Part shown: in pieces, positions 27,779-38,210 of the stretch
Position numbering within the stretch: position 1 is the stretch's first letter
How the letters are laid out: every line of letters begins with the position of its first letter
IMG/VR virus record: IMGVR_UViG_3300006162_000016
Coordinates: 1-55,624 of that record
DNA: 55,624 nucleotides
Reading direction: 5' to 3' (one strand)
Source of the DNA: a virus
Lineage: Duplodnaviria; Caudoviricetes
Translations under genes and position numbers: made by a program
Notes under the pieces: model-generated
The model's input: the letters and a program-made list of their open reading frames with translations, nothing else
The model's database searches: none
What the model was told of the DNA's origin: nothing

Positions 27779-28238
27779 TGGGAAACTTCTTAGGAATTCT
27801 GGCAGGTGCTTCTCTGAGTGCAGCCTTCGTATTTCCAAAACCTTGGTGCTATGTAGCCGCCATTGTTTGCTCTGTGGCTGTCATATGGCTTAGGAGTCTG
27901 TAATGGCTACGGAAGAGCTGGAACCAAATATGCCAGTCTGTACTTGGTGTAGAATGGGATTACACAAGAAGTGCGAGAAGTTTCCATGCACTTGCGATTG
28001 CGAGAGGGGGTTCTAATGCTTTGGCCTATCTGGGGTGTGGTTGTGGCGGCTATCTTATTGTTCGGTGGGAAGTCATGAAGAAGTGCTGCATGTGTCATCA
28101 GGAGTTTGAGGAGAAAGACTTAGACTTCTTAGAGAGATGTATTGGATGCTTCAGGAAGTACGTCAATATGGCGTCATGGGAGAAACCGAATCTTGGAGTC
28201 CCATTCACTCCCGGCTACAATTATACTTGGAAGAAAGG

Positions 28239-28658
28239 TTAAGGTACTGGAACATCATGAATCACGAGTGTTACCGTCTCGCCGTTATTGATGGCTGCTT
28301 GGAGTTTTACGAAGAAAGCGTTGAACGCGTCATGGGACCCGGAGATAAAATCATCATTCTCGATCTTCTCTCCCAAGAGGATACACCCCTCAGTGTCAGC
28401 ATCGGTATTGCCACTATGGATACGTATGCCCTCAAATCCGGGTACATCAAGTACGTGGGGCATGTCCCTCTTAAACCGAGTTGAGGCGTCGATTATAACA
28501 TTGTACGTACCGGCAGGGATAGCCGTCTGACCATCCACCTTCACTCCATCAGGACGCCTGACATCCTCTAAGGTAAAACACTCCGTAGCACCATTGACAA
28601 ACAACCTACCCAGAGTACTCTTCTCCGTTCCCTTAAACCGATTCAATAGCAAGTCCAT
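28239..28658 (-). CDS. DUF5675-type putative endolysin
   Basis: STLG.L, CFTLED, TAIPAGTY, VPGFEGIRIHSGN...DTEGCILLG; AAGGAG RBS before ATG at 28658. Confidence 0.75.
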   Translation of the reverse strand: MDLLLNRFKGTEKSTLGRLFVNGATECFTLEDVRRPDGVKVDGQTAIPAGTYNVIIDASTRFKRDMPHVLDVPGFEGIRIHSGNTDADTEGCILLGEKIENDDFISGSHDAFNAFFVKLQAAINNGETVTLVIHDVPVP

Positions 28659-28734
28659 AACTCTCTCCTTTCGATTCACCTACACCAATGTTACCAAATC
28701 CCTCACTTTTGTATATGTTGATAGAAAAGCTTAA

Positions 28735-28819
28735 GGCCGTGAGCACTTGGCCCACGGCCCGGACTCACTTCCAAGGGGAGGAGGCCTTGGGAGTCCTAAT
28801 TGCCGGACGCGCATCCGGC
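28735..28819 (-). ncRNA. three-hairpin element with CCTCCTCC loop
   Basis: GCCGGA/TCCGGC; GGACTC-CCAAGG-CCTCCTCC-CCTTGG-aagt-GAGTCC; GGCCGTGGGC/GCTCACGGCC. Confidence 0.5.
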
Positions 28820-28832
28820 TTTAAAGCTGTGG

Positions 28833-29036
28833 CTAATATTTCTGTGGTGTATCCGGCCAAGGATATTTATCCATCTCTTCACTCGGAGAGAGGACCTTAC
28901 CTTTGTACTCTTCTAAATCGTAGTTGTATCCACATCGTGCACAGATCGTGATGAGCCAATTCTTCTTCGTCTTTGGATCAGTTTCTATTTTCTCTGAGGT
29001 TTTAGCCGATGCATTACACTTCGGGCAGACTTTCAT
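28833..29036 (-). CDS. zinc-ribbon protein
   Basis: CPKC...CARC; GGGAG RBS before MKVCPKC. Confidence 0.6.
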   Translation of the reverse strand: MKVCPKCNASAKTSEKIETDPKTKKNWLITICARCGYNYDLEEYKGKVLSPSEEMDKYPWPDTPQKY

Positions 29037-29191
29037 TTTTCTTCTCCCCAGTAAATTGTTATCCAACCATCACATATCAAACAAATGTACATCCTGCCTA
29101 AAGTTTCTTCCCAAACCAATCGAACGGGTGATACTCTTTTACACCAACAATTGTGGTAGACCATTTCATTGGCCACCTCCAAAAGAACAGC

Positions 29192-29362
29192 TTAGTGAGA
29201 AAGAAAAGCCTCTACCAAAGCGCCGATGCAAGCCACCCCCACCACGCTGTAAATCCCAATCATACCACGCTTCAGCCACCGCATATCTGTGTGCATCTCA
29301 ATAACGGTGTCATGTAGGTCAGAAACTGCTTTGATCAAGCTATCAACTGTTTTGCTAGGCAT
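29192..29362 (-). CDS. small coiled-coil plus C-terminal TM protein (holin/XhlA-like)
   Basis: Read by hand: MPSKTVDSL...DMRWLKRGMIGIYSVVGVACIGALVEAFLSH; near endolysin. Confidence 0.5.
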   Translation of the reverse strand: MPSKTVDSLIKAVSDLHDTVIEMHTDMRWLKRGMIGIYSVVGVACIGALVEAFLSH

Positions 29363-29363
29363 G

Positions 29364-29579
29364 TTAATATCCCAGTCCTTTGACCACTGCAGAGTGGTGC
29401 TTTAACGATGGATACTTTCGGTGCACTGCAGCTCTGACTTTAGCGGCTTCAGGCTTCCCTGAGCTCCGTGCAAGTGCGTTACGTGCATGGGCCATATCTT
29501 CAATGGGATATGAACGGTCTTTTGGGAAGACAAAAGACGATTTCTTAAGGTTTTTACGCGCTTCATACGATAACTTCAT
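29364..29579 (-). CDS. small basic conserved phage protein
   Basis: F.FP..R.YPI.D..HARNALAR; AAGGAG RBS. Confidence 0.7.
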   Translation of the reverse strand: MKLSYEARKNLKKSSFVFPKDRSYPIEDMAHARNALARSSGKPEAAKVRAAVHRKYPSLKHHSAVVKGLGY

Positions 29580-29664
29580 GGTCTAGCTCCTTTTTAAGGC
29601 TTTATGCCCCTAGAATCGAAAGATTAACGACTTGAGTCCTACTCTAGGAGTGTTTCTCCTGTCG

Positions 29665-31113
29665 TTACTGGGTCAGGCCTTGGTATACAGCGTTCCCTGC
29701 AGCAGGAATGCTCTGAATTCCTCCTGAAACTGCGTTTGAGGCTAAATCTCCGGCTCCCGGCACCAAACCGGCCAAAATACCAGCCAATCGGGGGCGGAAA
29801 CCCCCTCCCAGTGCCGCTTTAGCTGCCGCTTGCTTGGCAATGTCCAGATAATTAGGTACTCCGGGCACCTGAGCGAACTGTCCAAGCATCTTTTTCGTAG
29901 CGATGGCCGAATCAGGGTTCAATAATCCCTTCAGTTTGGCCACAGACACGTTCTCTGGTTCAAATTTACCAGCCAAGCCTGCCTCTTTAGACACACCCAT
30001 AGCGCTGGAGAGGTCATTTTTGAGGTTCACAGCATTGGAGAAGTTCTCCGTTGCTTCAGCATAGGCTGGATTCTGAGCTTTCAGTGCGTCATTCACGGTG
30101 CTTTGCACATGTGTGAGCGCTTCATTGAGTTCGGAGCCCAGTGGATCGTTCCAATTGATCTTGCCCTGCACGGATTTGACCCATTTGGCCACTTCCGGCT
30201 CGGTCATCGTCCCTTTATTTTTGATCTTGTCAAGCATCCCTTCCAGAACTGTTTCAGTATTCTCCATGGCCGGGGTAGAAACATCAGCCATTTTGAGAGC
30301 CTTCAGCTCTGCTTCGATGGCGTCAGTCATGGTGCCCACAGGCATTGTTTTGCTGGCATCTAATGCCCCACTCGCTGCCGTTTCCAGATTCCCAATATGC
30401 TCGGTCAGCTTGTTCATGGACCCTGCAACATCTTCCGCTACTTGAGGGAAGGTCTTGGCTGCATTCACAGCTTCGGGATTGCTCATCACAGTTTCGAGTT
30501 CAGGAGTCCCAACGCCACTCAAAGTAGAAAGAACGTTGCCTGCAGCTTTTGCTGCACCCGGCAGAGCTTCTTCACTAGCCGGCGCTAAGAATTCCCCCAC
30601 CTTGTTGACCACTGATCCCAACCCTTTCACGATAGGAGCAGCAGCCGCTTCACCTGTGGCTTGCAACGCAATCTGATTAGGCGTGAAGAATGACCCCACA
30701 AACTTACCAGCTTTTCCAGCTGCTGTCTCAGGAGCAAGTCCCGCCAACACGTTATTGACATCTGTCCCGGCTTGCTGCACAGCAGGCAAGAAGGGCTCTG
30801 TTTTCATGTTGACACCGGGAATGAGGTTAGCCGCACGCGGTAGGAGATTGGCATCAATGTCACCAATACCAGCACCTCCGGCTTCTACCATCGTTCCCAG
30901 TTTCTTGCTGGCGTTGATCGGCGCCATTAAAGTATCTTTTGAGGGCAGTAAACTCTTGGCAGCAGCACCAATAGCACCCATGACTCCTTGAGGTGCAGGC
31001 GTGAAACTGGACGTGTCATATCCAGCATCAGTGAGCTGCTTTAATACAGCAGCTTCATCGAGATTACTGGTATCATATCCCGCTTGATCGAGTTGATCTT
31101 TTAAGCTTGCCAT
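29665..31113 (-). CDS. putative DNA ejection/internal virion protein
   Basis: Ala/Gly-rich helical; last of three such genes after nozzle. Confidence 0.6.
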   Translation of the reverse strand: MASLKDQLDQAGYDTSNLDEAAVLKQLTDAGYDTSSFTPAPQGVMGAIGAAAKSLLPSKDTLMAPINASKKLGTMVEAGGAGIGDIDANLLPRAANLIPGVNMKTEPFLPAVQQAGTDVNNVLAGLAPETAAGKAGKFVGSFFTPNQIALQATGEAAAAPIVKGLGSVVNKVGEFLAPASEEALPGAAKAAGNVLSTLSGVGTPELETVMSNPEAVNAAKTFPQVAEDVAGSMNKLTEHIGNLETAASGALDASKTMPVGTMTDAIEAELKALKMADVSTPAMENTETVLEGMLDKIKNKGTMTEPEVAKWVKSVQGKINWNDPLGSELNEALTHVQSTVNDALKAQNPAYAEATENFSNAVNLKNDLSSAMGVSKEAGLAGKFEPENVSVAKLKGLLNPDSAIATKKMLGQFAQVPGVPNYLDIAKQAAAKAALGGGFRPRLAGILAGLVPGAGDLASNAVSGGIQSIPAAGNAVYQGLTQ

Positions 31114-31114
31114 G

Positions 31115-32392
31115 TTATTGAACCTTCTTTTTCAGTCCTAGTGCTTGAGCTAAAGCATTGATGTCAGGTCCACCATTCGTTGCCGCAGCAGGAGCAGGCG
31201 TAGCGGCAGGGGCCGCTGCCGGAGCAGCTGCAGGAGTGGCCGGAGGATTCACAAGATTGTTGGCTTCTTTGTTCAAGCCGGAATCAATCACCGCTTTATA
31301 GGAATCGAGCATCCGATGCCACCGATCAGGGTCAGCTTGAATAATATCTTCATAACCTTCCGCATCAGCAGCGATCATGGTTTCAATTGTGTTAGTGATT
31401 CCTTGGCGCATGTCGAGCAGGGTCTGCTGCAGTTGATCACGCACATAGGACTTATCACCAGCCGTGACAGAATTCCATTTCAGAGTGCCGAATGTTCCTG
31501 TGTACTGTCCGATCAGGTTATTGATCTTCTGAACGGCAGTGGAATAGTCAGCGTTCTTCATTTCCTCTTCAGTAGGTACGCCACCTTGGAAGATACCCAC
31601 AATGTCCTGCTGAATGTACATGAGGCCTTGACGGTCCAGATTCGTATGGCTGGCCAGATAATTGAGAGCACGATTGGCACGCATGAGTGACTGAGTAAGC
31701 GCAGTACCACGACCCACTTTCACATCATCATGGAGTGTCTTACCAAGCTGAGCCCATTTGGTTGCCATTTGTGAAGCAGAGATGGCAGGCTTCTCAGCCG
31801 GGGTTTCTCCTAGAGGAACAAAGCTTACAGGCTGGCCGGATTGAGGATCAATTGTGACTTGATATTCACCATCAGCAGGAACGTGACCGATGCTGGGATT
31901 TTTATCGTCAGCATAGAGTCCCATGTCTTTGGCATTCATTCCCGCCGGAATCAGAATGTCTTGATCCGTTGTGAACTTCTTTCCTGCCACAGTCGTTTTC
32001 ACAGAGAGTTCTTTCTTACGGATAACGGTATCCACAGCAGCCTGACTGACCATCTGCTGATCACCAAGAGAATCTTGGAAGGCTTGAATCTGATCATCAC
32101 TGATACCAGCAGCTTTTAACTGAGCCACTGCTTCATCAACTGATAGATATCCTTTGAGTTCGGGATTAACTCCGAGATCAGAAGCAGCTTGTTTCTGGCC
32201 AGTGGCAAGTTTGGTTTGCTTCGTCCGTTCAATCGCCTGCTGAACCAGTTGGGCCTGATTCTGTTGATTCAAGGCATTATTGGCGATGGTGTTAGCAAAG
32301 TCCACATAAGTCATTGCTGGATTGTTATTATCCAGACCACCTGCTTCATTGGCTTGCTGTTGAGTCGTATTGATGTTAAAGTTATCAGCCAT
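31115..32392 (-). CDS. putative DNA ejection/internal virion protein
   Basis: Gln/Ala-rich helical; synteny. Confidence 0.6.
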   Translation of the reverse strand: MADNFNINTTQQQANEAGGLDNNNPAMTYVDFANTIANNALNQQNQAQLVQQAIERTKQTKLATGQKQAASDLGVNPELKGYLSVDEAVAQLKAAGISDDQIQAFQDSLGDQQMVSQAAVDTVIRKKELSVKTTVAGKKFTTDQDILIPAGMNAKDMGLYADDKNPSIGHVPADGEYQVTIDPQSGQPVSFVPLGETPAEKPAISASQMATKWAQLGKTLHDDVKVGRGTALTQSLMRANRALNYLASHTNLDRQGLMYIQQDIVGIFQGGVPTEEEMKNADYSTAVQKINNLIGQYTGTFGTLKWNSVTAGDKSYVRDQLQQTLLDMRQGITNTIETMIAADAEGYEDIIQADPDRWHRMLDSYKAVIDSGLNKEANNLVNPPATPAAAPAAAPAATPAPAAATNGGPDINALAQALGLKKKVQ

Positions 32393-32403
32393 ATTATCCT
32401 CTC

Positions 32404-33321
32404 TTAGTACAGGTTCAACCCACTACCTGATCCATATCCGGGCACATTGGATGCTGGATTTGGCAGTGGTACAGTCATATCAGTAGAACCTTGAGGGAAA
32501 GCAGCTCCACCCCCACTTGCGCCGGCACCACCGCTAAATAATGATTGTCCTGCATCTGCGCCGAGATTCACTAATCCATTCACAATCGCACCTTGCTGAG
32601 CGTTGCGCGTAACGCCATTCTGGTACGCATTGTTGACAGCCACTCCTTCTGCACCAAGAGTCTGTTGAGTCGCTGTGTTGTTATTGTTGATGAGATCAGC
32701 CAACTGAGTCTGTAGGTCCTGACGCCCACTCTGCAGAATCTGTGTAGCCTGCTGAGTCGTCATACCAAAGATTTGCTGAGCAGTCGTATCATCCATGCTG
32801 GCAATCTTATTAAGAGCCGCCTGCACATTCTGCTGCTGTTGCTGAAGCTGTTGACCTTGCACAGTAGCTGCTTGGCCAGAATACGCGGAAGCCGGAGCTA
32901 GAACTGCACTCGTGATAGCTCTTGCCGCTCCACCATTCGCTAAACCGCCTGAGCCGGCCAATTGAGACTTCAAAGCATTGACTGTTCCGGGGAGAGTAGA
33001 ATAGTCCTGTTGCTTTAAGGCCGCAAGTGTGGCTTGAACTGCGGGGCTGTTAGGATCATAATTGGCTTTGGTCTGGTCTAAAAGATTCTGACCAATTTGA
33101 TTTACATTGGTCTGTAAGGTATTGCCACCCTGATTCTGCTGAGCTTGATAGGCAGCAATCAGTTTCTGCATTTCTGCAGGCATACCATTGACCAATGCAT
33201 TATTGGTTGATTGATTATTATTGATAGTGTTTAGCAGGCTGGAAATATCAACCGTGGGCAAACGCCGTCCATTATTGATAAGTCCACCAACTACAGATGC
33301 AGCATCACCAAACATACTCAT
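32404..33321 (-). CDS. putative DNA pilot/ejection protein
   Basis: Q/N/A/G-rich, glycine-zipper-like ends; synteny. Confidence 0.6.
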   Translation of the reverse strand: MSMFGDAASVVGGLINNGRRLPTVDISSLLNTINNNQSTNNALVNGMPAEMQKLIAAYQAQQNQGGNTLQTNVNQIGQNLLDQTKANYDPNSPAVQATLAALKQQDYSTLPGTVNALKSQLAGSGGLANGGAARAITSAVLAPASAYSGQAATVQGQQLQQQQQNVQAALNKIASMDDTTAQQIFGMTTQQATQILQSGRQDLQTQLADLINNNNTATQQTLGAEGVAVNNAYQNGVTRNAQQGAIVNGLVNLGADAGQSLFSGGAGASGGGAAFPQGSTDMTVPLPNPASNVPGYGSGSGLNLY

Positions 33322-33333
33322 AGTATTTCTCCC

Positions 33334-33594
33334 TTAAATTGCCGTAAACGCAGGTGACTTGAACCACCCTCGTTTAGTCTTCACTATCAAATAAACGCTT
33401 GTACCTGTGTCTACGATTGAAACGGTCTGAATCGAACCATCATTGACGCCCGGATTAGCGGATAGCACAAGATGGTCATGCGCTGCTTGGAACACTTGAT
33501 CAAAAGAATTCTGAATCGAGGCTGAATAGTCAGTGAGTGCTTCCCGGTCTTGAGGCCCCGGAGGATTGACTTGGTTACGTTGTGATTTAGCCAT
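33334..33594 (-). CDS. small virion protein
   Basis: start MAKSQ overlapping nozzle gene end. Confidence 0.55.
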   Translation of the reverse strand: MAKSQRNQVNPPGPQDREALTDYSASIQNSFDQVFQAAHDHLVLSANPGVNDGSIQTVSIVDTGTSVYLIVKTKRGWFKSPAFTAI

Positions 33595-36500
33595 TGCTGA
33601 GATACCGCCCTCTACGTGTGTAGAATGAAGGCTGATAATTGATAATCGAGCAAGGAAACACATCAGAGGACATAAGACGATACATCAGTGTCCGGCCTGA
33701 GATCAGCGTATCCGCATTTGGCACAAAGAGTACTACAAATTCTGACATGTCTGTAGTAGTCGTAAAGCCAGTAGCGCCTGCTTCATTCAACATCTCAATC
33801 CATGTATTACCACGGTCATAGGAGTAGTACGCATGGATAGTGGTCCCGGTATTTAATCCAGTGACTTTAATTCCTCGCGGAACTTTTAAGAACATATCAC
33901 TGGTCGAGCTCCATGCTTTTGTTCTCACGTCCATCGTGATAGCTGTTCCATTATCTGTAGCCGCAATGAATCCATTGTAGATGTTGCCATTGCCACCATC
34001 AGTAAAGTAGAGAGAATTGAAGTAGAGTAGGAATGTTCCCACGCTTGTATCCTTCTGAATTCTCCATTTCCCAAACTGATCAAGTTGGATGATCGTGTTA
34101 TTCGTGGTGGCGCCAATCGTGGCCACAGAGAGATAATAGGTTTTGTTGTAGAAGATGCTGGAACAACGAATACCAGTGTTTCCAGTCCCTGTATACCAAT
34201 TCACAGTGACATCAGTAATGACAGGAGTCGCGTCAGCTGTAGAAGTCAGGACTGCTTTCCATTGCACATACTGCAGAGCTGAGAGTGTCGGGAAAGTTCC
34301 ATTTGTGACAGCCACAAAAGACGCTGATGGAATTCCACCAGACGTAGAAGCTGTACGGACATAGAAGGTAACAGTTCCCACACTGATATTAGTTTCACTC
34401 CATTGGAATACACCAAAACCGGCAGGTGTGGTTCCAGTGTCGATAATGCTGCTTGTGATGGTCCCAGTCACTGCCCATGTCAGAGTCACGCTCGACACAG
34501 AAGGACTTGTATCATCACCAGAAGTAGCTGTGAGTATTAAACGAACTTTAGCCCATCGAGTCGTAGCAGCTCCACTGATCGGACCAAATGAGGAGTAGGT
34601 GATATTGTCATTTGACGTAGCGATAACAAGACCAACAGAAGTTCCTGATGGAACGTTACCAGTATACGTTAGTGTCTGCCAACCCGTATTGTCTGTTGTA
34701 GCGTCAATCGGTTGAGACACCCAGATTCCAGTCGTATTGAAGTAAAGTGTCGGAGCACCAACAGTCGGCACAGTTCTGCTATCAGACGTAGCAAGATCGG
34801 ATTCCATCTTCCAATAACGGTAGCCGGAAAGAGATAAAGAATAATTACCATTCGGACTAGAGAACGATTGAGTCACAGCACTGGACATATCTGCGTTCGG
34901 TGATCCATAGACCGTGAGCGTCGAACTGGTTCCACCCGGATAAGAACCGGATTGTGTCACAGATGCACTGATCCCATCAACAGCTCCACAATCGTAGACA
35001 GGGGAAATCCAAGAGCCTGATTCAGGAATCCCTGACTGACTGAAACTATAGGCCATATCCAAGCTGAGAATATTTAAAGTTCCCGACCAGCCGCCAGTCG
35101 TACTATGTGACCACTGAGCTTGAATCGTGTTACCAAACACATAGCTAGTACTACCTATAAAGTTAAATCCGTTCATGCTCCCAGTGTAGCCGAGAATGAA
35201 ATAAACTGTTTGACCTGCAGCCACAGGGATACTACAAGTAGCTGTTTGGCGGCCACCGGGCGTATTATAAGCAGGACCATAGAGAGGACCAGTAAACAAG
35301 ACTCCACCGCTCAATGAACTTTGAATAGACATCTGATAATACAGATTTGTATACGCTGTATAACCAACGTCCATATTGAAAGAGGTAATCGTTCCAGCCA
35401 CAGGAAAGGTGACAGGTTGAGCCATATAGCCGGGTTGATACGGAACCCAAGTAATATTTGTGGAAGAAGCACTTGCACCACTGTTATCAACTCCGGTGAA
35501 GTTACCACCAACTGGCAGAGTAATATTTGATCCACTGACAACTGCACTACCACCTACCGTCCCTGAAGAAGCAGCCGGAGCATCAAGTGTAGGAACTTCA
35601 GCAAAGTTGGAATCAGTGGTCTTGATATTCGTGACAACAGAACCACCTGTCCAATCTGCAGTCTGATTGTACGTCTTCACAGGATCAATAGTCGTGACAG
35701 CACCCGGCTGAGAATTGATATCAATGCTTGGTGTATAGGTGTCACCCGCAAAGTCAGTGAAGCTGGTTTGGGTATTCTTATTGGTCGTGTAGTTCACCTG
35801 AGCAATCTGAAGATTGATCAAGTCCTGAATGAAGTCAGACCCATATTCCACAGTGTATCCATTGGAGTAGTAGAGTCCTTTGTCACTGAGCCACCAGAGG
35901 GTCGGAACTGATACAAGAGAACGTACTTGAATCGACCTATTATCAACGCAACCAATTTTGTTGTTCAGGTTGTGATAATAAAAGGTGTCAGGAGTCGTTC
36001 CCTCAATCGTTCCAACTGAATGGAGGCCAAAAACGTAGAGCTTGCCATTGTACACAGAGAGAGCGCTAACCACATCGTCACTCTGACAAGTAATGAAATT
36101 GGCAGGGTCAAAGATGTCAGGAGAACCACTATTGCTATAGCGAACAAGGTTCGTCTCTCCACTAGGAGCAATGAAGATGCTATCCAACCACAATGCACAC
36201 TTCCCAAAGGTCGGGGGAATGTTATTGAACTGAGGAATCGGAGTAGGAGTTGATCCCTGAGCAATATTGTCATTGAACGAGGTCGTGGTATTATCACTGA
36301 TCGTGGTCACAAGAAGAAAGTTGTTATCCCCATTATTGTCACGATAGATGTTGCGGGCAGTCACACCATAACCACCAATCGGAATATTGGTTAAAGGAAT
36401 GGTCTGGAATCCAGAGGTCGTTGTCTCCGTAGCGGAGATCGGTGAACCATTACTCTCTTCAGAGTCATAGTACATGAACGTGACCTGATAGCGATGTGTT

Positions 36501-37030
36501 CCCACAGGAACTGAACCGCCGGCAGTCGGAGTAGCTACAGTAGGGGTTGTGACTGGCGCCTGAGCACCCATATTCTTGGTCTTAGCTGTGGTGAAGGAAT
36601 AGCTCACTCCACCATAGTTGGTGGCAATATCATAGACCTGCGGAGGATTGATTCCATTGCAGCCATACGTCCTATTCTGGTAGGTCACCCATTCAAAGTT
36701 ACCGAGAGTCGAATAACCAGAAGTAATGACATCAAAGAGTCCAGTACCTGTCGAAGCAGAGAGAATCCCACCACCCACACGAAGGAAGTGACGAGCACCA
36801 CTCTCAAAGATGGCTTCATATGTGTCAGCCGCAGCCTGACCAAAAGAAGTACGATTCCATTGGACGCCACCCTGACGTTTATCAATCATCCCTGTCTGGT
36901 CAGTCACAAAGTTCTTGGAGTTGGCCGTGAACATATTATCCAGAACTTTGGAAGAATCAGGTTGGTACTTGCTGATATAGGAACCCCATTCCCCATCGGC
37001 TCCGGGCAAGGTGACCGTACTTTTATTCAT
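33587..37030 (-). CDS. tail nozzle/stabilisation protein (P22 gp10 / T7 gp12-like) with inserted beta-rich domains
   Basis: N...D..G...KR.G start, YS....P..F, IGCV...SI, WLSDKGLY propeller motifs; 1147 aa. Confidence 0.65.
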   Translation of the reverse strand: MNKSTVTLPGADGEWGSYISKYQPDSSKVLDNMFTANSKNFVTDQTGMIDKRQGGVQWNRTSFGQAAADTYEAIFESGARHFLRVGGGILSASTGTGLFDVITSGYSTLGNFEWVTYQNRTYGCNGINPPQVYDIATNYGGVSYSFTTAKTKNMGAQAPVTTPTVATPTAGGSVPVGTHRYQVTFMYYDSEESNGSPISATETTTSGFQTIPLTNIPIGGYGVTARNIYRDNNGDNNFLLVTTISDNTTTSFNDNIAQGSTPTPIPQFNNIPPTFGKCALWLDSIFIAPSGETNLVRYSNSGSPDIFDPANFITCQSDDVVSALSVYNGKLYVFGLHSVGTIEGTTPDTFYYHNLNNKIGCVDNRSIQVRSLVSVPTLWWLSDKGLYYSNGYTVEYGSDFIQDLINLQIAQVNYTTNKNTQTSFTDFAGDTYTPSIDINSQPGAVTTIDPVKTYNQTADWTGGSVVTNIKTTDSNFAEVPTLDAPAASSGTVGGSAVVSGSNITLPVGGNFTGVDNSGASASSTNITWVPYQPGYMAQPVTFPVAGTITSFNMDVGYTAYTNLYYQMSIQSSLSGGVLFTGPLYGPAYNTPGGRQTATCSIPVAAGQTVYFILGYTGSMNGFNFIGSTSYVFGNTIQAQWSHSTTGGWSGTLNILSLDMAYSFSQSGIPESGSWISPVYDCGAVDGISASVTQSGSYPGGTSSTLTVYGSPNADMSSAVTQSFSSPNGNYSLSLSGYRYWKMESDLATSDSRTVPTVGAPTLYFNTTGIWVSQPIDATTDNTGWQTLTYTGNVPSGTSVGLVIATSNDNITYSSFGPISGAATTRWAKVRLILTATSGDDTSPSVSSVTLTWAVTGTITSSIIDTGTTPAGFGVFQWSETNISVGTVTFYVRTASTSGGIPSASFVAVTNGTFPTLSALQYVQWKAVLTSTADATPVITDVTVNWYTGTGNTGIRCSSIFYNKTYYLSVATIGATTNNTIIQLDQFGKWRIQKDTSVGTFLLYFNSLYFTDGGNGNIYNGFIAATDNGTAITMDVRTKAWSSTSDMFLKVPRGIKVTGLNTGTTIHAYYSYDRGNTWIEMLNEAGATGFTTTTDMSEFVVLFVPNADTLISGRTLMYRLMSSDVFPCSIINYQPSFYTRRGRYLSNG

Positions 37031-38058
37031 TAGTTCATATCCTCAAGTTGATTGTAGCTCTTCCATCCATTGATGCTAGGAGTCGTGGGTTTAACAGAAA
37101 CCCACATTGTTCCACTTAATCCTGAATAAAGCTTTTGTCCAAACAATACACGGCCATAGAGCGTAATATAAGGCGTAGGAGTTGCAATAGCCACAGTCCA
37201 TTGCTGAGGCTTCTCAAGCCGGATACTGATCCAGTCTTGCACAAGTAAGATATCAGTCAGCGCCTTCACCATGCTGATCTGCACGATATTGTCAAGGACG
37301 CTTAGGAAGTCTGATAAAATCTTTGAGACATTGAAAGCTTTGACATCTGTCAGAGTCGTAGAATCAGCCAAAGCTTTTGTAAGTGTTAAGGACATCGTAT
37401 CACTGAGTGCCATGACTTCTGCTTCACTCAGGCGTGCTGTCTTGGCTAACGAATCGGCCAGCGTAACTGTCTCCGCGAAACTTCGGCCAAAAGCAATTTG
37501 AAATACTTCAGCCAATGTCAGAGTTTCTGACAAACGCTTCGTTGTATTAATGAAACGAAGTTCAGAAAACGAGAGTGAATCTGCTAAAGCTTTTGTAAAG
37601 TGAATCACTGCAGAATCCGCAGGAGTGAACGCATCCGACAAAGGTTTCGTTACGGATAGGGCCTTTGAATCCGTTGAAGTCACAGAATCTGAAAGAGCCT
37701 TTGAAATTGTGATAGTCTGAGAATCTAAAGATGTCAAGGAGTCCAAAAACGTTTTCGTCACACGAAGAGCTTCGGCATCAGTCGATGACAAGGAATCTGT
37801 CAATGGCTTGGTAACGGTCAAAGCCTTTACATCAGCCAATGTCATAGTATCTGTCTTCACAAGCTGCATCGTTGTTATATACGCATCCAGCAAAGTCAAT
37901 GACTCGGCTAAAGGCTTACGAAGTGAATCACCGATAACGTCAGTCGAAGCAATACTTTCACTGAAGCTTAGATTAAAAGTTTGCCCGTCTTGGTTCGCAC
38001 TATAGGTTGCGCGTCCAAACAGGCGATTGCCATAAAGGACGGGCGTTAGAGCAGACAT
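37030..38058 (-). CDS. repetitive structural protein (~18-aa repeats)
   Basis: K.L(S/T/A)DS....D repeated about 13 times; LYG..LFG...YS motif at both ends. Confidence 0.65.
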   Translation of the reverse strand: MSALTPVLYGNRLFGRATYSANQDGQTFNLSFSESIASTDVIGDSLRKPLAESLTLLDAYITTMQLVKTDTMTLADVKALTVTKPLTDSLSSTDAEALRVTKTFLDSLTSLDSQTITISKALSDSVTSTDSKALSVTKPLSDAFTPADSAVIHFTKALADSLSFSELRFINTTKRLSETLTLAEVFQIAFGRSFAETVTLADSLAKTARLSEAEVMALSDTMSLTLTKALADSTTLTDVKAFNVSKILSDFLSVLDNIVQISMVKALTDILLVQDWISIRLEKPQQWTVAIATPTPYITLYGRVLFGQKLYSGLSGTMWVSVKPTTPSINGWKSYNQLEDMN

Positions 38059-38210
38059 TAATGCAGATTAGGTTGATTGGCAGCAAGATAAGCTTGATAT
38101 GTAGTTTCATCCACAAAAGTGGTAGACTTTCCAAGCTCAGTGCGAAGCCGCGTAATTGTAGCAGAATCCATCCCTTCATAACTACATCCATCATCAGTAT
38201 AAAGTTTCAT
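38058..38210 (-). CDS. 50-aa protein, possible fibre chaperone
   Basis: Read by hand: MKLYTDDGCSYEG...QPNLH; TAATG coupling both sides. Confidence 0.6.
   Translation of the reverse strand: MKLYTDDGCSYEGMDSATITRLRTELGKSTTFVDETTYQAYLAANQPNLH

Noticed and set aside
5044-29622. 14-nt repeat CCTAGAATCGAAAG at 5044 and 29609
   Set aside because: Both intergenic, but a few 14-mer matches are expected by chance in 55 kb
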